This document shows positions 19,195 through 29,330 of a stretch of DNA of 64,000 nucleotides, one piece after another (position 1 is the stretch's first letter; every line of letters begins with the position of its first letter). The stretch lies in NCBI GenBank assembly GCA_965197905.1, contig CBDAOB010000002.1, forward strand, positions 192,001 to 256,000, given 5' to 3'. The notes beneath the pieces are model-generated. The model was not told the DNA's origin and ran no database searches. It saw nothing but the letters and a program-made list of their open reading frames with translations. The position numbers and the translations under genes are program-made. Source of the DNA: Candidatus Latescibacterota bacterium (lineage in GTDB: Bacteria; Latescibacterota; UBA2968; UBA8231).

Positions 19195-20712
19195 CTAAGA
19201 GGTCCCTCTGAGAACGGCGCGTTTGTGAAGAACCCAGGATACGATCGTACCCACGGCAAGGTCCACCGACAGGGCCACGGGGCTGATCCAGATGAAACTT
19301 ACCGGATCGTTGCCGTTTGGCAACATGCCGAAGATGGGGCCCGAAAATGCGATCAGGGCGGCCGCAAGTACACCGCAGATGGTTCCGGCGACAACCCCGG
19401 CAGGACGTGCAAAGGGCACGAAGAGAGCGAAGAAGAACAACGCGAAGATCGGCGTCGTAAACAAATTGGAGGTTTTGTTGGTCACCGCAGTGATGTTGCC
19501 TGGAATGTGCTCCATCAACGAACTCGTTACCACCACAATGGCGCCGATTACGAAAGCGAGCAGTTGAGCCCTCCGGGTGTGCTGGCGCTCGTCGGCATAT
19601 CGCACACCGAGCCGATCGAAGAAATCGGTGGTGACCACGGCGGTAATGGAGTTCACCCCGGAGTCGAGGCTCGACATGGCCGCGGCGAACATGGCGGCCA
19701 CGACGAGACCAGAGATGCCGGGAGGCAGGTGAAAGGCGATGAAGTGGGGGAATACCTTGTCCGCATTAGCCTCGATATTGATCCCCGGCGGCAATAGGTG
19801 CGCCTGGCTCTGGAAGAATCCGAGCAAAGCCAGGCCGGCCAGCCATAAGGAACAGCCGATCGCCACTCCCACTACCTGCTGCGTCACAAAGGAGCGCCGA
19901 GCCGCCCGCGCATCTTCGGTTGCCATGAAGCGCTGTACCACCGTCTGGTCGCCGCCAGCAGTGGAGATGGTCCACAACAAGCCGGTCAGCATGGAGCCGA
20001 TGATAGTGACGCGCACCGACAGGTCGAAGCTGAACAGCGGTTGTTCGTCCCAGTGATCTTGCCACTGGGTTGGTATCCACTCGAAGCCGGAGAAGTGGTA
20101 ACTCACCATGCCGATCACGATCAGCGCTCCACCCAACATCAAGGTGCACTGCACCAGGTCAGTAATTACCACGGCGCGAAGACCGCCCAGCGAGGTGTAG
20201 GTGATCGCCACCAGACCGGTGATTAGCGTGATCCAGGGAATCCAGCTGTCGTCCAACCCGAACATCACCGCCATCGCTTTCGCAGCCAGATAGATCAGCA
20301 GCGCCATCCACACAAGGCGCAGCAGAATAAACAGGGTGGCGCCGAGCAGACGGATGCCGAGCCCGAGCCGCTCCTCCAACAGTTCGTATGCACTGGTGAC
20401 CCGCGTCCGCATGTACCGCGGTATGAGGATGAATCCGACGATCAGAACAGCGATTGGCAGGGTGAGATAGTTGAGCATCCAAACCGGACCCTTGGCGATC
20501 GCTTCCCCTGGGATCGACAGATAGGATATGGTGCTCAGGAGGGTGGCAAAAAGGGAGATGCCGATGAGCGACGGCGGCATGTGACCGCTACCGGTGAAAT
20601 ACTCGCGCACACTGGACTGCCGGCGACTGAAGAAATAACCGAGGCCGAGCGTCGCCAAGGCGTAGACGATTATGATCGCCCAATCGAGAAGCGTTAGTCC
20701 GGGTGTTTCCAT
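19195..20712 (-). CDS. Sodium:solute symporter (SSS family)
   Basis: 'SLFATLLSTISY', 'GGLRAVVITD', 'QRF', 'AAMSSLDS'; many TM segments. Confidence 0.9.
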   Translation of the reverse strand: METPGLTLLDWAIIIVYALATLGLGYFFSRRQSSVREYFTGSGHMPPSLIGISLFATLLSTISYLSIPGEAIAKGPVWMLNYLTLPIAVLIVGFILIPRYMRTRVTSAYELLEERLGLGIRLLGATLFILLRLVWMALLIYLAAKAMAVMFGLDDSWIPWITLITGLVAITYTSLGGLRAVVITDLVQCTLMLGGALIVIGMVSYHFSGFEWIPTQWQDHWDEQPLFSFDLSVRVTIIGSMLTGLLWTISTAGGDQTVVQRFMATEDARAARRSFVTQQVVGVAIGCSLWLAGLALLGFFQSQAHLLPPGINIEANADKVFPHFIAFHLPPGISGLVVAAMFAAAMSSLDSGVNSITAVVTTDFFDRLGVRYADERQHTRRAQLLAFVIGAIVVVTSSLMEHIPGNITAVTNKTSNLFTTPIFALFFFALFVPFARPAGVVAGTICGVLAAALIAFSGPIFGMLPNGNDPVSFIWISPVALSVDLAVGTIVSWVLHKRAVLRGTS

Positions 20713-20767
20713 GAGGTTTGGTTCGGCCGCCTTGAACTACGTTTGAATCGAGTGTTCTGGGGAGCGA

Positions 20768-21796
20768 TCAGAACCTCTCAGCTAGCTCAGATCTGTGGGC
20801 GGTGCGGCCCTCTTCGCAAGAGATGACCATCATCTGGCAGAGCGCCATTACCTCGAGGTTATTCCCGCCGCTGATGCCCGGTTCGACTCCCTCTTCGATG
20901 TAAGCGTGGAAGTCGGCCAGGACCCCTGCTTCGTCGGATGCTTCCGCGAGCGGCACCTGGCCGACATCGGTGCGGCCAAACTGCTCCCCGGGCCGCTGGC
21001 TGAACTGGAGGACCTGTTTTCCGCCAGCCTCCGTGTTGGCGATAACCGCTCCGAGCTTGCCGTGGAGGCCAAGGTAGAAGTGGTTGCGCGCCGAATCGTG
21101 TCCGTGGAAATAGTTGACCACCACTCCGCTTTCGAAGCGCATGAAGGCGCTCGTGTTATTCGGGTACTGGTAGTTGGACCAGGGGGCCCCGAAAGCGTGC
21201 GCGATCATCTCGGCGACCGGACCGAACCAGAACAGAAAATTGTCGAAGTGATGACAGGACATGTCCCACACCGAAGCAAAGGGATAATTGAGAGTGCGTG
21301 GTTCGGGACGCGAGCGGTGCTGGATGTGGTCCAGCTGATATGGCTCTCCGACACTGGCGGGATCGTCCGGGGCGTGCAGGATGCGGTGAAACGTGCGCTC
21401 CACCGCCTTGTAGCGATAGTTCTGGGACACGCAGAGGATGCTGTTGTTCTCGCGCGCGAAGGAGACCGCTTCACACGCCGTTTCCCAATCGGGAGCCATG
21501 CCTTTTTCGACCAGTACCGGAAGACCTCGTTCCATGGCCTGCTTTGCCATCGGTACATGGTGAATCGTAGGCGTACAGATAATGACGCAATCGGCTCCCG
21601 ACTGATCCAGGGCCTGGGTGTAATCGGAGTAACAATCACCGGTTGACAACCCGGTCAGTTCGCGGCCGGCTTCGAGCGCGGACTCGTGCGTGTCGCACAG
21701 GGCGGTGACCTGAAACCCGATCTCTGGCCGACAGGTTTCCAGGGGCCAGAGACCGCGACCGCTGACACCGACACACAGGGTCTTGAGTATTTTCAT
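20768..21796 (-). CDS. Gfo/Idh/MocA oxidoreductase
   Basis: 'VGVSGRG', 'VEK', 'QNYRY', 'DMSCHHFD'. Confidence 0.85.
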   Translation of the reverse strand: MKILKTLCVGVSGRGLWPLETCRPEIGFQVTALCDTHESALEAGRELTGLSTGDCYSDYTQALDQSGADCVIICTPTIHHVPMAKQAMERGLPVLVEKGMAPDWETACEAVSFARENNSILCVSQNYRYKAVERTFHRILHAPDDPASVGEPYQLDHIQHRSRPEPRTLNYPFASVWDMSCHHFDNFLFWFGPVAEMIAHAFGAPWSNYQYPNNTSAFMRFESGVVVNYFHGHDSARNHFYLGLHGKLGAVIANTEAGGKQVLQFSQRPGEQFGRTDVGQVPLAEASDEAGVLADFHAYIEEGVEPGISGGNNLEVMALCQMMVISCEEGRTAHRSELAERF

Positions 21797-21810
21797 TTTC
21801 GGCGGAACAG

Positions 21811-23430
21811 CTACTTGCGGCGAAAGGCGGCGAAGAAGTCGTTCCCTTTGTCGTCGACGACGATAAACGCGGGGAAGTCCTTCACCTCGATCTGCCAGAT
21901 AGCCTCCATGCCGAGCTCGGCGTACTCCAGACAATCCACCTTCGTGATGCAGTCTTGGGCCAGGCGTGCAGCCGGACCGCCGACCGAGCCGAGATAAAAC
22001 CCGCCATGTTTCTTGCAGGCATCGGTAACCTGTTTCGAGCGGTTCCCTTTGGCCAGCATGACCAAGCTGCCGCCGGCGGCCTGGAACTGATCGACGTAGC
22101 TGTCCATTCGCCCGGCGGTGGTTGGTCCGAACGAGCCGGTGACGTGACCCTCGGGAGTCTTGGCCGGGCCGGCGTAATAGACCGGCTGCTGTCTGAAGTA
22201 GTCGGGGAGGTCTTCGCCCTTGTCCAATCGTTCCTTGAGCTTGGCGTGGGCAATGTCGCGGGCGACGATCATCGGACCCGATAGAGATACGCGAGTGCTC
22301 ACCGCATGTTCGCTGAGGGCAGACCGGACCTCCTCCATGGGGTGCGCGAGGTCGATTTCCACCACATCGCCCTTCAACTCTGTCTCGTCGACCTCCGGCA
22401 GATACTTAGCCGGATCCTGCTCCAGCTGCTCCAGAAAGATGCCTTCGGCGGTGATCTTGGACATGATCTGGCGGTCCGCGGAACAGGATACAGCGATCCC
22501 TACGGGGACCGAGGCGCCGTGCCGCGGCAGCCGCACCACCCGCACGTCATGGCAGAAGTATTTGCCGCCAAACTGAGCGCCAATGCCCATCTCGGCACTC
22601 ATCTCCATCACCTGCGCTTCCATCTCGAGATCGCGGAACGCCTGACCAAACTCGTTTCCCTGCGTTGGCAGCGAATCCAGGTACCGTGTGCTGGCCATCT
22701 TGGCCATTTTCAAGGTGTATTCGGCCGAGGTGCCGCCGATGACGACAGCAAGATGGTACGGCGGGCAGGCGGCGGTACCGATCATGCGCAGCTTCTCGTC
22801 GATGAAGTCGCGCAGGGAGTCGGGGTTGAGCAGGGCGCGGGTTTCCTGAAAGAGGAAGCTCTTGTTGGCCGAGCCTCCGCCTTTGGATATGAACATGAGC
22901 TTGTAGGCGCTTCCCTGATCGGCATAGATCTCGATCTGGGCCGGCAGGTTGGTCCGAGTGTTCACCTCCTCGAACATGGTCAAGGGAGCAACCTGGCTGT
23001 AGCGCAGGTTGGACTCGGTGTAGGCCTTCTTGATGCCCTGTGCGAGAGCTGCTTCGTCGTCGCCATCGGTCCAGACCCGCTGGCCCTTCTTGCCCGTAAT
23101 GATGGCGGTCCCGGTGTCCTGGCACATGGGCAAGACCCTTCCCGCGGCGATGTTGGCGTTCTTGAGCAGCTCCAGTGCTACGAAACGATCGTTGTCTGAG
23201 GCTTCGTGGTCGTCGAGAATCTTGCGTACCTGGGCCAGGTGTCCCGGCCGCAACAGGTGAGCGCTTTCCCGCATAGCCAGATCCGCCAGCATGGTCAGTC
23301 CTGCGGTGTCGACCTTGAGAACCTCCTCGCCCTCGAAGCTGCTGGTGGAGACGTAGTCGGAGGTGAGCAGGCGGTACGGAGTCTCGTCGGCGCCGAGCTT
23401 GATGATTTCGTGATGAACGGTTTCAGTCAT
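21811..23430 (-). CDS. fumA: Class I (Fe-S) fumarate hydratase
   Basis: 'CQDTG', 'KGGGSANK', 'GTAACPPYH', 'CSADR', 'GPTTAGRMD'. Confidence 0.92.
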   Translation of the reverse strand: MTETVHHEIIKLGADETPYRLLTSDYVSTSSFEGEEVLKVDTAGLTMLADLAMRESAHLLRPGHLAQVRKILDDHEASDNDRFVALELLKNANIAAGRVLPMCQDTGTAIITGKKGQRVWTDGDDEAALAQGIKKAYTESNLRYSQVAPLTMFEEVNTRTNLPAQIEIYADQGSAYKLMFISKGGGSANKSFLFQETRALLNPDSLRDFIDEKLRMIGTAACPPYHLAVVIGGTSAEYTLKMAKMASTRYLDSLPTQGNEFGQAFRDLEMEAQVMEMSAEMGIGAQFGGKYFCHDVRVVRLPRHGASVPVGIAVSCSADRQIMSKITAEGIFLEQLEQDPAKYLPEVDETELKGDVVEIDLAHPMEEVRSALSEHAVSTRVSLSGPMIVARDIAHAKLKERLDKGEDLPDYFRQQPVYYAGPAKTPEGHVTGSFGPTTAGRMDSYVDQFQAAGGSLVMLAKGNRSKQVTDACKKHGGFYLGSVGGPAARLAQDCITKVDCLEYAELGMEAIWQIEVKDFPAFIVVDDKGNDFFAAFRRK

Positions 23431-23602
23431 GTCATGGTCCCTTACTTTTTACACATTCGAACGGTCCTTTGGACGAGGAGAATAAACCGTTTGGCCGACG
23501 GTGCGGCAAGGGACCGGGGGCCGAGCCCTCTGGCGCTCTTCACTGATTCGCCACGATGCCTTATTATTTGCGCCGAACTGGCTGATGCGAAAGGAGAGCA
23601 AG

Positions 23603-24391
23603 GTGACACCTGAACAACGCTACATGCTCGATCTTACCGGATATCTGCATCTGGAGAATGTTTTGAGCGACACCGAGCTCAAGAACGGGCAAGAAGCGAC
23701 CAAGCGTTATATGGACACCGCGGATGAGGATCTACCGCCAGGTTTCGAGCGAGACGGAATACGTCACCTACACGGGTTTGCTTTCGACAAGTGCCTCGAA
23801 GCGCTGACCATGCATCCATCTACGTGGCCCATCATTATGGAATTGACCAACAGCAAACCGCAGCTGCTCAGCGGCACTTTGCAGGTGAACGAGCCGGGTA
23901 AACCGAGCGGCGGTCGCCTCCACTGCGCCCGCGAGGCCTACGGCTGGGAGAGCGCCCGGTACGAGGTTCATAACGGCCGCGTCTACTGCGATGACTTCGT
24001 GGTTTTTCCCTATCTGGACGACGTGTTGCCGGGAGACGGGGGGCTCCTCCTGCTGCCGGGATCCCACAAGTCAAACTTCGACCGTCCAAATTCGCTGTTC
24101 AACGGGGGAGAGGTCACGGACGAGTTACCGCCGGGCGTGATAAACGTCACGCCCAGGGCGGGGGATGTGCTTGTCATGCCGGAAGCGATGACCCACGGTA
24201 TCTTGCCCTGGACCCCCGAGGATCGGATACGGCGCATCCTCGTACTGCGTTACCGTCCCCAGCATAGAGACAGCAAGAGCGGAATCCCGGAGGAGATCAG
24301 GGAGAGGTTGTCTCCGGAAACTTTGGAGCTGATCGAAACGGGGTCCTTCACGCACGTGAAGGAGATCGCCAAGGACCGCTCAGCGGCCTAG
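23603..24391 (+). CDS. PhyH-like dioxygenase with non-canonical H-x-A iron motif
   Basis: 'DLTGYLHLENVL', 'LHCA', 'GDGG..LLPGSHK', 'AMTHG', 'RR'; GTG start after AAGGAG. Confidence 0.8.
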   Translation: MTPEQRYMLDLTGYLHLENVLSDTELKNGQEATKRYMDTADEDLPPGFERDGIRHLHGFAFDKCLEALTMHPSTWPIIMELTNSKPQLLSGTLQVNEPGKPSGGRLHCAREAYGWESARYEVHNGRVYCDDFVVFPYLDDVLPGDGGLLLLPGSHKSNFDRPNSLFNGGEVTDELPPGVINVTPRAGDVLVMPEAMTHGILPWTPEDRIRRILVLRYRPQHRDSKSGIPEEIRERLSPETLELIETGSFTHVKEIAKDRSAA

Positions 24392-24424
24392 GCGGTACCT
24401 GCCGAAGTCGGCAGCCACGCGAGC

Positions 24425-24823
24425 TCAGCAGCCGAAGAAGATCGTGTAGCGATCCGCGTCGTAAATGGTGAACCCTCGAAGGCCGTCGTCGGTATCAGCG
24501 AGGTCCTCGTGGAAGGTGACACCCTGTCCGGCAAACTCTGCGTACAACAGATCCGGGTCCGGGGTATGGACAAAGGCATCCCACCGCGCCCATTCGTGCC
24601 GGGTGTGATTTGGCTGGGGCTGGACGTCGGGACCGATCTCTTTCAAAAAGATTGAAACGGCGTCGCGTGCGACGATTCCAAACCACGGCTGCTCGTCCTC
24701 GGGAAGCTCCAGCTCGATTCCGAAACCGAGCTTGTCCGTGTAGAAATCTCTTGCGGCGGCGTAGTTGCTGACGATGAAGAACGGCGCTACGTCGGTGAGG
24801 GCTGCAGCTTTTGTTTCGGTCAT
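24425..24823 (-). CDS. VOC/glyoxalase/bleomycin-resistance family protein
   Basis: 'FYTDKLGF', 'DPD.LY.E', 'GLRGF...D.D.Y.IFFG'. Confidence 0.85.
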   Translation of the reverse strand: MTETKAAALTDVAPFFIVSNYAAARDFYTDKLGFGIELELPEDEQPWFGIVARDAVSIFLKEIGPDVQPQPNHTRHEWARWDAFVHTPDPDLLYAEFAGQGVTFHEDLADTDDGLRGFTIYDADRYTIFFGC

Positions 24824-24862
24824 AACTCGACTCCTCGGCGGCGACCGTTGCCGACGCCTCTC

Positions 24863-25957
24863 TTATCCGAAGGCGACGGGCGATCCCTTCAGATAAGCCT
24901 GAGTGCTGTTGATCACGAGTTGGATGTCGCTTAAGGCATCCGCAACCGATGTCCGGCAAGGTGTCCCTTCGGTGATGCACGCGTGAAAATGCCGGAGCTC
25001 ACCGACGAACGGGCTCTCCCATTCTACCGCCGGCTGCCGCTCTACCGTGCGGCCCGCAGCGTCGATTTCCCAAATGCTCAGTTTCGAGAGCTGGCCACGT
25101 GAGAATCCGGTCGGATAGGCAAGGATAATCCGCTTGTCGGCTCCGTAGATCTCCAACGTCTCCTTGAAATCCCACAGGTTTGGCAGATCGACCCACGAGG
25201 CAATGCAGCGCGAGCCATTGGGGTATTCGAGTACGGTGGAGAGTGCTCTTCCGTTGTTCCACACGTCGGTGCTGACAATTCGTTTCGGATTGCCAAACAG
25301 GATCCGCAAACCGTAGAGGTCGTGAATGAGGCTTCCGGCCAATGTAAAGAAGGCGCTGACCGCGTCGTTTGGTATTCCATCTCCGAGGGCCTGCTGTAAT
25401 GCCGCCGCGCGGGCGGCTTGCGAGGCTTTTCCCGCCGAGGCCGGAACATCGTCGAAGCGCTCGATGTGAAACTGGCTGGTATGCAGATCGTTGTTCGGAT
25501 GCAAGTGGTTTACCTGCACGAAGGTCGGGTCCCATCCCGCGGCTTCCTCCTCCACGATATTGAACGCCGGATCGTAGACCTTCATGTAACCCACTTGACC
25601 TACCTTACCGGAGCGCTCGACGGCGGCTGCGACGGAGGCCGCATCCTCTTTCGAATAGCACATCGGCTTTTCGATGAAGCCATGCTTGCCGGCTGCGAAG
25701 GAGGCCACTGCGATTTCGGTCTTCGGGTCACGGTGACAGAGGATGACAGCGTCCACGTCGTCCGCGTCCAGTACCTGGCGATAATCTGTCGTGTGATGCG
25801 GCACACTAAAGCAGCCTGCAACGTATTCGGCTAACTTGGCGGAGACGTCACAGGTCCAGGTCACCTCGAAAAGATGCTGCAGCTCGTGCAGGTTGGGCAT
25901 GTGCTGTACCTGGGCGATGGCACCGCTGCCGATCATCCCGATTCGCACCTTATCCAT
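24863..25957 (-). CDS. Gfo/Idh/MocA oxidoreductase
   Basis: 'IGSGAIA', 'EKPM', 'GYMK.YDP'. Confidence 0.88.
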   Translation of the reverse strand: MDKVRIGMIGSGAIAQVQHMPNLHELQHLFEVTWTCDVSAKLAEYVAGCFSVPHHTTDYRQVLDADDVDAVILCHRDPKTEIAVASFAAGKHGFIEKPMCYSKEDAASVAAAVERSGKVGQVGYMKVYDPAFNIVEEEAAGWDPTFVQVNHLHPNNDLHTSQFHIERFDDVPASAGKASQAARAAALQQALGDGIPNDAVSAFFTLAGSLIHDLYGLRILFGNPKRIVSTDVWNNGRALSTVLEYPNGSRCIASWVDLPNLWDFKETLEIYGADKRIILAYPTGFSRGQLSKLSIWEIDAAGRTVERQPAVEWESPFVGELRHFHACITEGTPCRTSVADALSDIQLVINSTQAYLKGSPVAFG

Positions 25958-26008
25958 TCAATCCTCGCCCGTAAGCGTATTGTTGTCTGCTGGTCGCCGT
26001 TCGATGAC

Positions 26009-26650
26009 CTACCGGTCCGAACCCAGATCGCAAGCCAGGTCGTTCCAGCTCTCTCCCAGCCCGGCCACTCCGTTGTAGACCTGGCGAACATCCTCCCACA
26101 ACCTGAGGCGTATCTCCTCGGCATCGGCATCAGACGATTCCATTTCGTCGAGTATCTCAGCGTGATTCTGTGCCAGCGCGCTGACACGTCGCGCAAGTTC
26201 GCTGACGGCGCGCCGCTGCCTCTCGATGCGATCGGTGCGCGAAACCGCCGCATCCATCGTTACGTCGTAGGCGTCCGGTCCGGCAAAATGGATCGGTTTG
26301 CGCTCACCATCTGCGGTAAGCATCGTGTGCGAGGGCAGGATGTGTGGAGTTAACGATAGGTACATGATCACCGGCTGGTCGCCCACTACCCGTACGGCGT
26401 GCGGTTCATCGGCGGCGGCGAAACAGAGCTGACCTGGCTCGATCCTGGCGATTTCGCCGTTGATTTCGAATTCTGCTATGCCCTGCAGGATCAGAAATAC
26501 CTCGTGCCCCAGGTCGTGGCTGTGGCGCTCGTTGAACTCGAGCCCCGGTTCCAGCCGGAGGATGCGCGATCTCATCTCCGATGTGACGAAAAGGTTCTTC
26601 ACATGCTCAGGATTGCGGTAATCGTATACGGCGATTCCCATTTTTGCCAC
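26009..26650 (-). CDS. Cupin-domain protein with helical C-terminal extension
   Basis: 'HSH...E.F..L.G', 'PG......EPH'. Confidence 0.8.
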   Translation of the reverse strand: MAKMGIAVYDYRNPEHVKNLFVTSEMRSRILRLEPGLEFNERHSHDLGHEVFLILQGIAEFEINGEIARIEPGQLCFAAADEPHAVRVVGDQPVIMYLSLTPHILPSHTMLTADGERKPIHFAGPDAYDVTMDAAVSRTDRIERQRRAVSELARRVSALAQNHAEILDEMESSDADAEEIRLRLWEDVRQVYNGVAGLGESWNDLACDLGSDR

Positions 26651-27034
26651 CTAGTCCAATACCGCTGTTGCTTCGATCTCAACCAGCAAGGTAGGCAACG
26701 CCAGCTCGACGCCTACGGTGGAGCGGGCGGGCCGGCTGTCTCCGAAGAACTCGGCATAGACCTCGTTCATGGCTTTGAAGTTGGCAAGGTCGGTGATAAA
26801 CACCGTCGTCTTGACCACATCATCCAGGGTCGCCCCGGCCGCCTCCAGAGCGTGTTTCACATTCTCGAGGGTTTGCTGCGTCTGCGCTTTAATATCGCCC
26901 TCGCCGACCAGGTTGCCGTTCACGTCGAAGGCGATCTGACCGGAGGTCGTCACAATGTTGCCTTTGCGTACAACGGCGTGATAGGGAGCGCCAGGTGTTA
27001 CCAGGGTGTCGGGATTGATTCGTTGGATCGACAT
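26651..27034 (-). CDS. ridA: RidA/YjgF family reactive-enamine deaminase
   Basis: 'APY', 'SGQI', 'MNEVY..FF...PARS', 'VEIE'. Confidence 0.9.
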   Translation of the reverse strand: MSIQRINPDTLVTPGAPYHAVVRKGNIVTTSGQIAFDVNGNLVGEGDIKAQTQQTLENVKHALEAAGATLDDVVKTTVFITDLANFKAMNEVYAEFFGDSRPARSTVGVELALPTLLVEIEATAVLD

Positions 27035-27047
27035 GTGAACCTCCTTC

Positions 27048-27818
27048 TTAGAATTCGTAGTCGATATGCCAGTTGGTCTCCTGATCCCATCCCAATGTGC
27101 GTTCTAGGAAAGGCTCCCAGGAGAAGGTCACGGTGTTGCCCCAAATGGGGAAAAAACCGGGTGTGTAGCTGCAGGTGGCGCTGACCAACCCGAGCATGGG
27201 ATGGCGCTGCATGACGATGAGGTTGTCGGAGGCGTCGTGGTCAATGAGCTGGAAAAAGCCGTCTTTTTTCTCAAAGTCTTCCTCGGTCCAGGGCCATTTC
27301 TTGGCACAGATGTAGCCGTTGGAGGCCAGCTCATATCCCCGATTCTCCGGAAAGCTCACCGGTATGTTGAACTTGCACAGCTCGTTGGTTTCCGGCGGCG
27401 GATAGAACGGATGAGGAAACCAGCGGATGGGCACAAATTCCTCGCCGGTATTTCGCACCCGGGTAGCTGTTTGTAACGTGCGATTCATTAACGTAACGGT
27501 TCGCTCGAGCTCTACATCGAAGCCGCCAAACTGGTGCCGGGTTTTGAACGTTATCCGCTCTTTGCCCGCGTCTACGTCCCAGGCACACCATTCTTCCACT
27601 TCATTCCTCGCCAGGTCGCAGACTCCGATGCCGAGTATCAACGCTTTAGTGTCGGTGGAGCCACGCGCATGCAACGGACTCAGGTCGAAGCCGTCCGGCA
27701 TGCCCTGACCCTCGCTCGGTATGACCTCGCCGGGATAGGTTGGTCCGGTGATCAGGTTTTCGTGGCGCTCGTCAACTACTGTAAAGATATAGCCACCGGT
27801 GCAGTATCGGGTTCCCAT
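27048..27818 (-). CDS. Galactose-mutarotase-like hypothetical protein
   Basis: Beta-rich; 'N.GE....W.PHPF', 'WEPF' resemble the aldose-1-epimerase fold; start uncertain. Confidence 0.55.
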   Translation of the reverse strand: MGTRYCTGGYIFTVVDERHENLITGPTYPGEVIPSEGQGMPDGFDLSPLHARGSTDTKALILGIGVCDLARNEVEEWCAWDVDAGKERITFKTRHQFGGFDVELERTVTLMNRTLQTATRVRNTGEEFVPIRWFPHPFYPPPETNELCKFNIPVSFPENRGYELASNGYICAKKWPWTEEDFEKKDGFFQLIDHDASDNLIVMQRHPMLGLVSATCSYTPGFFPIWGNTVTFSWEPFLERTLGWDQETNWHIDYEF

Positions 27819-27971
27819 GTAGCTGCGGTGGAACGGTTCAAGCGCGGTGCTACCTTTGCGACCATCGATCTTTCAGCGGCTTACAATATGACGCTCGAAA
27901 ACATACATGCAAGAGGTTACCCGGTTGGGCTTCGCGCGCCAGCTGTGAGTGATGGCGGTTACCGAGCGTCA

Positions 27972-29318
27972 ATGCTGACGGTCGGGAAGAAGCTCTCGAG
28001 GAGCTTCATTCCCTTCTTGCTCGGCCCGGTCTACTTGGCTTGTAGTCCAACTCTCGAAGACAGCATCGAGAAATTGAGCGGCGGTCCCGATGAACGAGAA
28101 AGCGCCAAACACGAACTGCTGCTGGCCAAGGAGCAGGCTGTTGGGCCACTGCTCGAGGCGTTCGAGAATCCTCAGTACCGGGAGAGCCGACCAGACCTCG
28201 TAGACGTACTGGTCAGCCTCTACTTGCGCGTGGAGAAAAAGCAGATTGCCAATGTGCTGCGGCAGCACCTGCTCGACGATCCCGATCCGCGGGTGCGTGG
28301 GCGCATCGCCTACAAGCTGGGCATGAACATGAAGCTGGAATACGCCGACAGTTTCATCTCGGCCCTGGAGGACTCCAGCTCCGAGGTGCGGCAGCATGCA
28401 CTGGCCGCTCTCGGTAATGTTTTTGGCAAGCTAGAGGACCCGCAACACGAGATCTTACGCCCGGCGGCTATGCGAAACCTGGCTGACCCGATCGAAAGGG
28501 TGAGCGATGCTGCCCTGTTCCTGGTGGAGGAATACATCGGACGCTGGGCCGAGGAAGCGCGCCAACAGGCGCTCAAGGCGAACGTGAATGAGGCCGACTC
28601 CATTCTGGCTCGGGCGCTGGTGTATGCTCCGGAAAGCAAACAGCTCCACTATTACCGTGGTGTATTCTATTTCGAGAATGGCCAGCGAGAGCGCGGCCTG
28701 CAAATTCTGCGCGAGAACCAGCTGCTGTTCGACGTTCCAGCTTTCGATCGAGCACCTGTGATCGACGGACGCCTGGAGGAGAGTGTCTGGAAGGGGGCTG
28801 CCGTGATCGACACCTTCTACAGATGGGGACGTTCCCGCACCAACATGCTTCCCCAGGCGCGGACACGAGCGCATCTCGGATATACGGCAGAGGCGTTCTT
28901 CATGGGAATTCACTGCTTCGATGCCCATCCTGAAAGCCTCGTGGTGGCGCGGCTGGAGGACACCAACTACGGAAATCAGCTTCAAGATCTCATCGAGTTC
29001 TTTTTCGACCGCAACCTCGACAAGCGAACCTTGAGTGGGTTCAAGATCAATACCGTGGCAGATATCAGAGATGGCTGGCAAGAAGAAACGCGCGACTTGT
29101 CGTGGAACGCGGAAAAGGAAGTAGCCACCTTTGTCGGAGCGGACTACTGGTCTCTCGAATTCAAGCTGAAGTGGGATCCAACATATCATCCACCTCCCAC
29201 CAGGGGAGATATATCGGGATTCAATATCCAACGCTGCTTTCGCGGCAAGGAGTACAGCCAGGCCTTTCGAGACTACGACGAGCACAACGACACGCCGGGA
29301 TATCTCACGTTCAAGTAA
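27972..29318 (+). CDS. Lipoprotein with HEAT repeats, TPR-like helices and a CBM9-like C-terminal domain
   Basis: Lipobox 'YLAC'; 'DPDPRVR..IA..LG', 'DSSSEVRQHAL.ALG'; 'APVIDGRLEE..W..A'. Confidence 0.7.
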   Translation: MLTVGKKLSRSFIPFLLGPVYLACSPTLEDSIEKLSGGPDERESAKHELLLAKEQAVGPLLEAFENPQYRESRPDLVDVLVSLYLRVEKKQIANVLRQHLLDDPDPRVRGRIAYKLGMNMKLEYADSFISALEDSSSEVRQHALAALGNVFGKLEDPQHEILRPAAMRNLADPIERVSDAALFLVEEYIGRWAEEARQQALKANVNEADSILARALVYAPESKQLHYYRGVFYFENGQRERGLQILRENQLLFDVPAFDRAPVIDGRLEESVWKGAAVIDTFYRWGRSRTNMLPQARTRAHLGYTAEAFFMGIHCFDAHPESLVVARLEDTNYGNQLQDLIEFFFDRNLDKRTLSGFKINTVADIRDGWQEETRDLSWNAEKEVATFVGADYWSLEFKLKWDPTYHPPPTRGDISGFNIQRCFRGKEYSQAFRDYDEHNDTPGYLTFK

Positions 29319-29330
29319 TCTGAGGTTACC

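Noticed and set aside
27534..27971. N-terminal extension of the HEAT lipoprotein
   Set aside because: It overlaps the opposite-strand gene, and the lipoprotein signal starts at 27972.
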